Positions 1 to 7,974 of a stretch of 32,000 bases of DNA are shown one piece after another. The DNA is from Bacillus subtilis subsp. subtilis str. 168 (lineage in GTDB: Bacteria; Bacillota; Bacilli; Bacillales; Bacillaceae), in NCBI RefSeq assembly GCF_000009045.1, contig NC_000964.3:2160001-2192000 (forward strand), in the 5' to 3' direction. Numbering within the stretch: the stretch's first letter is position 1; every line of letters starts with the position of its first letter. The notes below the pieces were generated by a model. That model saw only the letters and a program-made list of their open reading frames with translations, ran no database searches and had not been told where the DNA came from. A program made the translations under genes and the position numbers.

Positions 1-389
1 CGGTAAAAATGAAATCTGAATCCTTTAAAGGCTCCACTGTTGCTTTTTTGTATCCATTCCCTTTAGTTGAAAAGAAGTCATGGGATTTAGTCTTAGTGTT
101 CAAACCATTGATAACAATTGGATTAACATCCTCTTCTTCAAACCAATGATCAAAGCCCAGATTGTTTAAAGCTTTATTTGCGTTGTATCTGATGAATTTC
201 TTTACATCTGGAGCTAATCCAACCTGATCATAGACATCTTCTGTATACTCCAATTCATTTTCGTAAAGTTCCTGCAGTAAGTTTAAAGCCCATGCGTACA
301 GTTCTTTTTGCTTCTGTGGCGTTTGCTTCTTATAAATCTCTTGAGCTAACAATCCTACATATACGCCATGTATCGCTTCGTCTCTAATA
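1..389 (-). CDS. bnrdF: Class Ib ribonucleotide reductase small (beta) subunit NrdF, exon 2; the C-terminal end lies beyond the window edge
   Basis: Minus-strand reading from 389 gives (I)[21 protein letters not shown]...[42 protein letters not shown]. This continues the NrdF sequence that ORF 1191..1778 breaks off at ...SGEIINLII. There is no stop before position 1. Confidence 0.9.
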
Positions 390-1197
390 CCCTTAGTTCA
401 ACCGAGTTCGCTACTTTCGGTTCGTTGCTCTGTCGCAACCGCCTTACGTTACCGTAAGGAGCAGACTATATCATCATCCCTGTAGGATGCCTCCCGTTTC
501 GATTTAAGGGGTTCTCACCCACGCCAATAGCTTGCGCCCTACTCGTTTTGCGGAATTTCGCCGCCTATGCGATAGTCGTTGAACGTTCTATGCGATCCCA
601 TAAAGTCTTCCATCTTCTTTTATGTCGAATTAGACTAACGTAACGAGGATGAAGGCTGTATTTTTCACCAGCTTCAACATTGTTCATTCCAGCAATCAAA
701 TCATAGATTAAATTTGTTGCCTCCATATTAGTGAGCTTTGACATTGAATTACTTTCTCCAGGTTGTCCTGACATTAATCCAATTTTCATTGCATGTAGAG
801 TATTTTCTTTAGGTGTAACTATTTCTAAGTTCCGAACGTGGTTGTTTAGTTTATTTCCATCTATGTGGTTTACAAACATTCCTTTTGGTATATCATAAAT
901 AAAATATTTTGCGACTAACCTATGTACTAAATAGTTCTGTGTTCCTTTTTTCGGATGCGTGTATCCTATCATTTCATAGCCATGTGGAGTAATAAATGTC
1001 TTTCTTGGTTTCTTTAATTTTTTTGATATGATAACTCCCGTTTCCGTTATCCACCAAGGTGCTTCTTCGACTTCTTTCCTTATCATTTTCACCTCCTTTG
1101 GGTTCGCATAGCTTCGCTGCTGATTGTCCTAATAAGGATTTTCCAGCAATTAGAGAGGTTCACATTTGCCGTTGCCGACAAAAGGGACTATTAAATA
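390..1197 (-). mobile_element. Group I self-splicing intron interrupting bnrdF (808 nt by my boundary placement), carrying the yosQ ORF in a peripheral loop
   Basis: Removing 390..1197 joins ...ATC ATT AAC CTG AT|T ATT AGA GAC GAA, which reads EIINLIIRDE, the conserved NrdF metal-ligand motif. The upstream exon ends in U and the intron ends in G, as group I introns do. The intron shares several core sequence blocks with the bnrdE intron. A 7-bp stem (plus-strand TATGCGA 589..595 with TCGCATA 1104..1110) closes the ORF-bearing loop. Confidence 0.85.
565..1086 (-). CDS. yosQ: Intron-encoded HNH-family homing endonuclease
   Basis: The ORF lies entirely inside the bnrdF intron. It has an HNH core (...[11 protein letters not shown]...[24 protein letters not shown]...). 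SD AAAGGAGG sits 5 nt before the ATG at 1086. The ORF-track start at 1092 is a GTG that overlaps the SD. Confidence 0.85.
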
Positions 1198-1778
1198 ATC
1201 AGGTTAATGATCTCTCCACTTTGCATTAACTTTCCTTGTCCATAAAAATAAAGTGGGTAATAAAACCCTGAGTAGAAAAGAAAACTCTCCAGGAACACAG
1301 ATGCAACCATTCCTTTAAATAAAGAAATTTCATCGTTTTTCTTGATTGTTTTATAGACTGAAACAATTGTTCTAGCTTTCTTTTGAAGAAACCTATTGTT
1401 TTTCACCCATTCAAAGACTTCATTGATCTGCTCGGTTGGAGCCAATGTTAGAAAGATGTTGCTGTAAGACTTTGCATGAACAGCATTTTCCATCATGGCC
1501 ATGAAATTTAAAACTGCCTTTCTTTGATGTCCATCTACGTGTTCAGCCACGATCGGCATCCCCGTATTCCCCTGCTCTGTATCAAGAAGCGTAAGTCCGG
1601 CCAGTACCTTCATATAAGTGTCCTGCTCATTTTTTCCGAGGTACTTCCATGTGAGGAGATCGCCGTTTAAAGCAATCTCTTCCGGAAGCCAGAACTGTTT
1701 CACGTTTTGGTTATAGAACATTTGGGTAAAATCGTCTTCATGCTTTGACCAGTTTGCTGCGTCATAAATTTTTGTCAA
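1198..1778 (-). CDS. bnrdF: Class Ib ribonucleotide reductase small subunit NrdF, exon 1
   Basis: TTG start at 1778 with GAAAGGA 9 nt upstream. The N-terminus [35 protein letters not shown]... is typical of NrdF. The reading frame runs into an intron-borne TAA at 1191. Confidence 0.9.
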
Positions 1779-1892
1779 TTAATCATGTCCTTTCAATTGA
1801 AATATTTTTTTCCGAAAAAAATGCAGTGAATTTAAAAGCTGAATTGACAGACTCCTATATTACTGTCAAACATTCGAAAGGAATGAAAGACA

Positions 1893-2111
1893 GTGAATTT
1901 TTTAGATAACCTTATATCTTTGTTAGAGAGTACAGTCATTTCAACTGGATGGTTGTGTGATAGGCTTTTATCATGTTTAATCGAATATATTTTGAAGCTT
2001 ATATTTGGTTTACTTTGTAATGCTCTTATGAGAAAATTTAACAAAATTAAGTGCAAACGACGTCCGGGAGATCCTGTTAATTTTGAACCAAAACGTAAAC
2101 GTACCTATTAA
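1893..2111 (+). CDS. Candidate small hydrophobic protein with a basic tail, antisense to the nrd operon (unverified)
   Basis: A 72-codon open frame in an AT-rich 330-nt spacer. It has a GTG start with only a weak, distant AAAGGAA. The product is LISLLESTVISTGWLCDRLLSCLIEYILKLIFGLLCNALM followed by RKFNKIKCKRRPGDPVNFEPKRKRTY. I recognise no homology. Confidence 0.2.
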   Translation: MNFLDNLISLLESTVISTGWLCDRLLSCLIEYILKLIFGLLCNALMRKFNKIKCKRRPGDPVNFEPKRKRTY

Positions 2112-4642
2112 ACTACACAGGACAAGCATCCCTCTTGGGTCGTATCTTTAGTTCTGGCATAATATAAAGTTTTAATTCCACGATGATGTGCGTAGAGGTC
2201 TATTCTATTTAGGTCTCTCGTCGTCATCGTATCCTTTAAGAACAACGTAAATGAAATCCCTTGGTCGACGTGCTGCTGAATTGTTGCAATAAGATCAACT
2301 ACCTTAAACATATCCATGTCGTATGCTTCCTTATAGAAGAACCAATTCTGAGCCGATAAACCTGGCATCGGATAATATGTCTTACTGTTTCCGTATGTAC
2401 GTTCCTCAATTCTCTCCATAATTGGCATTACACCTGCTGTAGATGATTGAACATATGAGATGCTTCCCGTAGGCGCAATAGCTTGTCTATAGGAATGATA
2501 AAGACCATATTTCATTACATCTTCTTTAAGCTTCATCCAATCTTGAATATTAGGAATATGTTGATCTCCAAATAGCTTTTTAACCTTTTCATACTGAGGG
2601 CTATAATCATTTGTTACGTACTTTTCGAAATACTCGCCTGATTTATAAGTCGAACCATCAAACTTGTAGTATGTCTCCCCTGTTTCTCGTGCAATTTCCA
2701 TAGAACGCTGCAGTGAGTAGAAGTTAACCATCATAAAGTATGTATTTGCAAAATCCTTAGCTTCTTCACTTTCATAAGCAATATTATTTTGAGCTAGAAA
2801 TCCATGGAGGTTCATCTGCCCTAGACCAATTGATCTCATTAATGTATTTGCTCTCGCAACTGCTGGAGCATTTACAATGTTTGTTTTCCTTGTGACAGTT
2901 GTCAGTGAGTCAATTGCTATTCTGACTGTTGAAGCAATTGATTGATTACTCATTACATTTACAATGTTCATTGAGCCAAGATTACATGAGATATCTAAGC
3001 CAATTTCATCCTCTTTATCGTAATCCGTATAAACTGATACTTGTGACGATTGAAGTACCTCTGAACAGTTACCAGTAACAATTCCATTGAAAATCAGAGA
3101 GTGATAGTCTTCTTGTGTTGTATCATAAACATCCTCAACACCATCTTCTTCAATACTAATAATTTCAGCTGTAAAATCATGCTTTGGCTTTCTTGACTTA
3201 GGTTGCAATGTCTCAGTTAACAAATTGAATTTATAAACATCGTATTCTTTCATTTCAACAATACTCATAAACAACTCTCTTGAGTTTCTATCTTGAATAC
3301 TGATTTTGTGTGTTGGTTTTACATTGTAAAGCTTAGAACCACCTTTTCCATCAGGAAGGAGTTCTTGTGAGCGCTTGTTGTTAGAATAAATCGTTGTATA
3401 AACACCCATGTTCAGTAACAGCTTCTGAACGTCCTGAAGGCTCTCATAGTGGATGGATGTTAACTCAATAGTTAATGCTTTGGCTTTATGATTTGCATTT
3501 ACACACCCATCAGTCTGGAATAAACCCGATAAATAAGCTGCTTGCGTTTCCTTATTAGCTTGAAAAATGAATTCTGGGACTCTTGTTTTTGTTTCTTTGT
3601 TCATACCGAACTTCTTCAAGATGTCAAATAAGACAGTACTATTCATGTAGAGCAAATCTTGTTTTTCTGGGTTGGCCATATTAAATGTTGGGAGAAGTGA
3701 TGTATTGTGCTTATAAGCACGATCAACCTTGTGTTTTTGAATAATACGGTGAACTGCATCAGTAACTTTCTGCTCAAGAACTTTTTTATTATCGTATAAA
3801 TAAATCTTGGCAGTTTTTTCAGTAATGGTTCCATCACCAGCTATAATGCCCATAATGTATGCAAGATCGGGTTCATGAATTTTCCCGTATGCTCCTTCAG
3901 CTGATTGGACTAATAATTTATCGCCTGTTTTCAGTTGATTCAATTGGAGCTTTTGAATTTCACCATCTCTTTTCACATAGAATTTGTGCCACTCAGTTGC
4001 CCTAATTTCATATCCTTGCTTCGTTTTGACTTTAAATATTTCCGCATCTTTTTTAGTCAGTTGCATTGGAATTGCATCTACAATTGTGGTACCTTTGCTA
4101 CCAACTGCAAAATCTTTTGTTCTATTATCAATGACCACTTTAAGATCATTCTGCTTTTTATAAAGATCGGCTGCTTTTTCATATCCATTCTCAGTTAAAA
4201 GAAGTGTTTCTCCAGTAACGCACAAATTTGAAAACTTCACTTTTGAAATATGTTCATTTGGATGCACTTTATTTACATTGTCAGCGAACATAATATACGG
4301 ATAGCCAGATTCGCTTCTTAGAATAGCCAATTGCTCCAACAACTTTCGAGCATTTCCCTTTGCTTTTCTAACTCTTGGATTTTCAACAAGCTCATCATAC
4401 ATTTCATTAATGTCTAGCTCATCTAGATACTGCCCATACTCCTTGTATACTGAATGCGGATAGAACATGTAATAATCCTTGTCTTCCCTTGCCAATTCAA
4501 TAAATTTGTCTGGAACAACTACGCCAATAGACAGTGTTTTAACTCGGACATCTTCATCAGCACTTATTTTTTTGGTATCCAGGAAGTCTGTAATGTCTGG
4601 ATGGAATACACTTAGATAAACTGCTCCTGATCCTTGTCTTTG
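2108..4642 (-). CDS. bnrdE: Class Ib ribonucleotide reductase large (alpha) subunit NrdE, exon 2 (includes the in-frame intein)
   Basis: Begins QRQGSGAVYLSVFHPDITDFLDTKK and, after the intein, continues CSEVLQSSQ...; it ends in the redox-active C-terminal CLSCVV. The match to NrdE is strong throughout. Confidence 0.93.
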   Translation of the reverse strand, partial: QRQGSGAVYLSVFHPDITDFLDTKKISADEDVRVKTLSIGVVVPDKFIELAREDKDYYMFYPHSVYKEYGQYLDELDINEMYDELVENPRVRKAKGNARKLLEQLAILRSESGYPYIMFADNVNKVHPNEHISKVKFSNLCVTGETLLLTENGYEKAADLYKKQNDLKVVIDNRTKDFAVGSKGTTIVDAIPMQLTKKDAEIFKVKTKQGYEIRATEWHKFYVKRDGEIQKLQLNQLKTGDKLLVQSAEGAYGKIHEPDLAYIMGIIAGDGTITEKTAKIYLYDNKKVLEQKVTDAVHRIIQKHKVDRAYKHNTSLLPTFNMANPEKQDLLYMNSTVLFDILKKFGMNKETKTRVPEFIFQANKETQAAYLSGLFQTDGCVNANHKAKALTIELTSIHYESLQDVQKLLLNMGVYTTIYSNNKRSQELLPDGKGGSKLYNVKPTHKISIQDRNSRELFMSIVEMKEYDVYKFNLLTETLQPKSRKPKHDFTAEIISIEEDGVEDVYDTTQEDYHSLIFNGIVTGNCSEVLQSSQVSVYTDYDKEDEIGLDISCNLGSMNIVNVMSNQSIASTVRIAIDSLTTVTRKTNIVNAPAVARANTLMRSIGLGQMNLHGFLAQNNIAYESEEAKDFANTYFMMVNFYSLQRSMEIARETGETYYKFDGSTYKSGEYFEKYVTNDYSPQYEKVKKLFGDQHIPNIQDWMKLKEDVMKYGLYHSYRQAIAPTGSISYVQSSTAGVMPIMERIEERTYGNSKTYYPMPGLSAQNWFFYKEAYDMDMFKVVDLIATIQQHVDQGISFTLFLKDTMTTRDLNRIDLYAHHRGIKTLYYARTKDTTQEGCLSCVV
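3068..4222 (-). mobile_element. Intein (385 codons) with a LAGLIDADG homing-endonuclease domain, inserted in bnrdE
   Basis: The host motif SNL|CSEVLQ is split by CVTGETLLL...IFNGIVTGN. The N-terminal residue is Cys, block B is TEWH, the two LAGLIDADG motifs are LAYIMGIIAGDGT and AAYLSGLFQTDGC, the C-terminal residue is Asn and the +1 residue is Cys. Confidence 0.9.
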
Positions 4643-4884
4643 CAGACCATTCAAACGTGTTCGCTAAGCACGTCCCGCCATATGGCTGCTTCATGTTACC
4701 ATGAAGGTTAGACTATATCTTCACCCTCTAAGGGTGCCTCCTGTTTCGACTGCCAATAGCTTGCAGCCTACGCCTTTCGGCTAGTCGTTGCACGTTCAAG
4801 ACTTAGTCTTGCTTCGCTCATGATTGTCCCTGTAGGAGTTCCCATGAATTAAAGAGGTTTTCGATCACCATTGCTGATGAAAGG
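4643..4884 (-). mobile_element. ORF-less group I intron interrupting bnrdE (242 nt by my boundary placement)
   Basis: Removal joins ...GCC GAC CAA ATG GGT|CAA AGA CAA GGA, which reads ADQMGQRQGSG (NrdE consensus). The exon ends in U and the intron ends in G. Core blocks are shared with the bnrdF intron: plus-strand AGACTATATC, GCCTCCyGTTTCGA, GCCAATAGCTTGC, TAGTCGTTGmACGTTC, GCTTCGCT..TGATTGTCC. Confidence 0.85.
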
Positions 4885-5613
4885 GGCCAAATCAACCCAT
4901 TTGGTCGGCATATCTGAAGGCATTATCTAGAAGTTTCATAACACCTACGACACCTTTAGTCGCATTCTCTACGTCTTTAATCGCTTCACCTTTGGCTCTT
5001 AGTTTGTTTAGATTTAATGCTACTCCTCCACCTAGCTTAGAAAGCTGCATGGAAATATCAATAGCACGTGAAATATCATTCAAACTGTCGCCTACTTCAA
5101 GTAAGAAGCAGCTCACCATTTCACCTCTTCGCTTACGTCCAGCATTAAGGAAAGTAGGTGTTGCTGGCTGATACTCTTGTTTCATCATAGTATGTACTTC
5201 CTCAACAGCCTTCTCGTAATCGCCATCAGCGCAATATAAAGCCACAATTGAGACACGATCCTCATACCTTTCCAGGATCTTTGTTTTATCGTTTGTCTTC
5301 AATGCGTAGTCATTGTAGAACTTAAAGGCACTCATAAAAGAAGGGAATCTGAATTTGTAACTGTAAGCAATCTTATAGATTGATTTAATCTGTTCGAATG
5401 TATATTTGCTTAAGAATTCTTCCTCGTAATAATCATTTTTAATCAGATAGTCCAGCTTCTCTTTCAGATCATGGAAAAAGACTGTGTTTTGATTTATGTA
5501 ATCAACAAAGTAACTATGTACGGCCTCCTTATCCTTTTCAAATTGATACTTCCCATCTTTCTGGATCATGATTTCATTATTGAGCTTGATCCAATTTGGT
5601 ATTGTGTTTGTCA
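4885..5613 (-). CDS. bnrdE: Class Ib ribonucleotide reductase large subunit NrdE, exon 1
   Basis: ...IPNWIKLNNEIMIQKDGKYQFEKDKEAVHSYFVDYINQNTVFFH... is a typical NrdE N-terminus. The likely start is the TTG at 5613, 9 nt after AGGAGG. The ORF-track ATG at 5671 would add a non-conserved extension that overlaps nrdI by 95 nt. Confidence 0.88.
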
Positions 5614-5972
5614 ATAAGTTGTACCTCCTGAATGATTTTCTGTAGATCTTGTTTCGTTCCACTAAGTTCAAACTTTAATAACAATGGTGTGTGGAACTTA
5701 GCTGAAAGCTTGTCTCCAGCTAAACCATAGTTATCACCCCAAACCTTGTTACCACTAACAGCAACTCCTCTAATTTTATTTTTATTCTTATTGATAAAAC
5801 TCAAAGTCCTTTCAGGTACTTCCCCAAAGCCTATCGTATATGTAATATGTATGAATTCTTGATTGATGATCGTATCATCAGTTATTTCAATTGCCTCAAC
5901 GTCAAACTCTTGTTGCAGCGCTTTGACAAACCTTTTTACATTTCCTGTTTTACTCTCATATGTAATGATCAC
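5577..5972 (-). CDS. yosM: NrdI flavodoxin-like protein of the class Ib RNR operon (nrdIB)
   Basis: A 131-aa ORF beginning MIITYESKTGNVKRFV..., in the position directly upstream of nrdE. Its GTG start overlaps the yosL stop (TAGTG). Confidence 0.85.
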   Translation of the reverse strand: MIITYESKTGNVKRFVKALQQEFDVEAIEITDDTIINQEFIHITYTIGFGEVPERTLSFINKNKNKIRGVAVSGNKVWGDNYGLAGDKLSAKFHTPLLLKFELSGTKQDLQKIIQEVQLIDKHNTKLDQAQ

Positions 5973-6325
5973 TAATCGTTATAAGCCCCTGTAATTAATT
6001 TTGTAGTCACTGTTTCAGCTTCATTTTCAGCGTAATTGAATGCTTCTGATATCTCACGATTAATGTCGCCCATTTCCATGTAGCCCTGTGCCATACTTTC
6101 ATATAAGGAACTTTTCTTAACTGGAACGTAATCATCTAGATTCTTTTCTAATTCAACAAATTGATTTCCTTGTTGGTCAGTTGCAATAATCTCTCCTTTT
6201 AATACAGGGAAAGATTGCCCATCAGCTAAATGAATATGAGTGTTCTCAGTGGCTACTGTAAAGTTAATAATGTTCTTCTTTTTTACATATGGTTGAGTTG
6301 GATCAATACGTCTAGCTGCCCCCAT
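5972..6325 (-). CDS. yosL: Unknown protein with a MazE/EndoAI-like C-terminal tail
   Basis: ATG at 6325 lies 6 nt after AAGGAGA, so the ORF-track start at 6382 is unlikely. The product is 117 aa. The C-terminus GYMEMGDINREISEAFNYAENEAETVTTKLITG resembles the antitoxin EndoAI. The gene name is assigned by position in the SPbeta gene order, from memory. Confidence 0.75.
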   Translation of the reverse strand: MGAARRIDPTQPYVKKKNIINFTVATENTHIHLADGQSFPVLKGEIIATDQQGNQFVELEKNLDDYVPVKKSSLYESMAQGYMEMGDINREISEAFNYAENEAETVTTKLITGAYND

Positions 6326-6412
6326 TTTACATCTCCTTATTTTTTGTATTTTGAATAAAGCTGTGATTTTATCTAGATTCAAGCAGTACCTATTCGTCCT
6401 CCTTAGGAATTG

Positions 6413-6613
6413 TCACTCTTCTTCGATCGTCCATCCGTTTAATCTTGCGTACTTTAATTTTCTTGAATATCTACGCTTCCACTCGTCCCAGTCCTTCTTC
6501 TCTTGACCTGACGTTAGTGAGCCTCTGTACTGATTTTGTCTTCTTTTCTTGTCTAGCTCTAGTATATCGCCAACCCATCTAGGAACTGACGGCCTATAAT
6601 TACTTTGCGACAT
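6413..6613 (-). CDS. yosK: Small basic Trp-rich protein, function unknown
   Basis: 66 codons, with GGAGGA 7 nt before the ATG. It is co-oriented and tightly packed with its neighbours. Confidence 0.7.
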   Translation of the reverse strand: MSQSNYRPSVPRWVGDILELDKKRRQNQYRGSLTSGQEKKDWDEWKRRYSRKLKYARLNGWTIEEE

Positions 6614-6657
6614 CTATTCGTCCTCCAATTGTTTCTGTATAAATTTCATTGTGTCTT

Positions 6658-6852
6658 CTATTGTTTCGGCCACCCTTCTCCAAGGAGTTTTTTAGCCTCT
6701 TCAACATCTGTGAATCTTTCAATCTTGTGTCTATAATCATCGATCCACCGGTAAACACATACTGCATTTTCTTCAACTTTCATGACGGTGTACTGCTGCA
6801 TAGGATCTTCTAGAAGATGAAGTTTCTGATCTTTATAAAACCCTTGAATCAT
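6658..6852 (-). CDS. yosJ: Small protein, function unknown
   Basis: 64 codons, with AGAGGAGGA 6 nt before the ATG. Confidence 0.7.
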   Translation of the reverse strand: MIQGFYKDQKLHLLEDPMQQYTVMKVEENAVCVYRWIDDYRHKIERFTDVEEAKKLLGEGWPKQ

Positions 6853-6872
6853 ATAATATCCTCCTCTTATTT

Positions 6873-7016
6873 TTATTGAATTTCTCTTACTTCATGCGGT
6901 ACTCCGCTTTCTTCTTGAGCATATACTGCATCATTATGAGCCTCAATTGCATCATCATAAGTATTAACAAGTGATCCCATACAATAAAGTCCATATTTCA
7001 TTTTCATCTTCATCAT
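6873..7016 (-). CDS. yosI: Small protein of about 45 aa, function unknown (below the ORF-track cutoff)
   Basis: Minus-strand ORF (M)MKMKMKYGLYCMGSLVNTYDDAIEAHNDAVYAQEESGVPHEVREIQ ending in TAA at 6873. AGAGGA lies just upstream. Which of the clustered ATGs is used remains uncertain. Confidence 0.5.
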   Translation of the reverse strand: MMKMKMKYGLYCMGSLVNTYDDAIEAHNDAVYAQEESGVPHEVREIQ

Positions 7017-7038
7017 CCTCTTAATTTATTTTTATTCT

Positions 7039-7509
7039 TTAAAGTAAACTGCCATCAATAAGCAATACCATCTCTTCGTCATTAGAAATCTCCTCAAGAA
7101 CCTGTTTAAACGGCATGAGCTCTTTATCTTCTCCTGGCGCCCTTCCATGTTGTATCGCCGCATAAACTTGCCCAACTTCTGTCATTTCATCACTTAACTC
7201 TCCATCATCATCATCTGTAACAGTATCTGTATACAGTTCCATTGCCTTTTCTTTTGTATAAGCCTTAATCAATGCATAATAGGGGTCAAACACTTCAAAA
7301 TACTTCATAATGGGTTTTTCAACTTCCAATTCCTCAACGTAATCGCCTTTAATTTTCACATCATCAACTCCGTTTTCGAGCAAATGATCTACCATATCCT
7401 TGCCTAGTTGTTCTAACGCTGCTCCTTGAACAGATGGACTTTCGTCATTAAATCCTTCATGAGCGTAACAAGTTGCTTTTATTTCAAAAACTGCTGCTTT
7501 AATTCCCAT
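7039..7509 (-). CDS. yosH: Strongly acidic protein, function unknown
   Basis: 156 codons, with AAAGGAG 9 nt before the ATG. It has about 37 Asp/Glu against 13 Lys/Arg, including a DDDDGELSDE run. Confidence 0.75.
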   Translation of the reverse strand: MGIKAAVFEIKATCYAHEGFNDESPSVQGAALEQLGKDMVDHLLENGVDDVKIKGDYVEELEVEKPIMKYFEVFDPYYALIKAYTKEKAMELYTDTVTDDDDGELSDEMTEVGQVYAAIQHGRAPGEDKELMPFKQVLEEISNDEEMVLLIDGSLL

Positions 7510-7569
7510 AGCACAATGCTCCTTTTAATATTTATTTTTTAGATTTAGAATCCACTAATCTCTTTAAAA

Positions 7570-7932
7570 TCATCCTTTTATGGAGAACGAATGAATACCA
7601 GGTACACCCACAACGCTCTGGAATGGATTGAGCACATTAAATTCTATTTCTACCGCCAAATCTCTGTCTGAGTTCATTTGAATTCTTTCGATTTTCACAT
7701 TAACTTCGCTTGTTTCATCTTCTAGACTAGTCATTTTCATTTTATAAGTGCCCTTAGATACACCGCCTAGTTCAACCCATTTATAAACCAATAAATCATT
7801 ACTAATCCTTACTGTGATTTTATCTTCGTTTTCAGTTGCCTCTACATTTTTGTAATGAAGAACCATTCTTGTTTCATTTGGTAAATGTTTATTCAGTGTT
7901 TCTTCATATACGGCAATTTCTTTTAAGATCAT
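7570..7932 (-). CDS. yosG: Protein of unknown function
   Basis: 120 codons, with AAAGGAGAG 6 nt before the ATG. Confidence 0.75.
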   Translation of the reverse strand: MILKEIAVYEETLNKHLPNETRMVLHYKNVEATENEDKITVRISNDLLVYKWVELGGVSKGTYKMKMTSLEDETSEVNVKIERIQMNSDRDLAVEIEFNVLNPFQSVVGVPGIHSFSIKG

Positions 7933-7974
7933 ATCTAACTCTCCTTTTGAAAATTTCGGCTTAAAATAAAACTT

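Noticed and set aside
1040-1050. A DnaA-box-like sequence, TTATCCACC, inside yosQ.
   Set aside because: It is a single 8-of-9 match within coding sequence with no cluster of boxes nearby, so it is most likely chance.
1803-1825. A T7-CCG-A7 palindrome (ATATTTTTTTCCGAAAAAAATGC) just upstream of bnrdF.
   Set aside because: The stem is only A-T paired, with negligible predicted stability. It is more likely compositional than a terminator or regulatory hairpin.
1832-2056. A 74-codon minus-strand ORF in the bnrdE-bnrdF spacer.
   Set aside because: It has a TTG start with no SD and a composition that looks random for AT-rich DNA. It is most likely the shadow of the plus-strand frame, or the region is non-coding. 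The spacer itself is kept as a finding.
3643-3837. Minus-strand ORFs read out of frame inside larger genes: 3643..3837 within the intein region of bnrdE, and 21417..21599 within yorJ.
   Set aside because: They are alternative-frame ORFs wholly embedded in genes with strong homology. They lack an RBS and their composition looks implausible.
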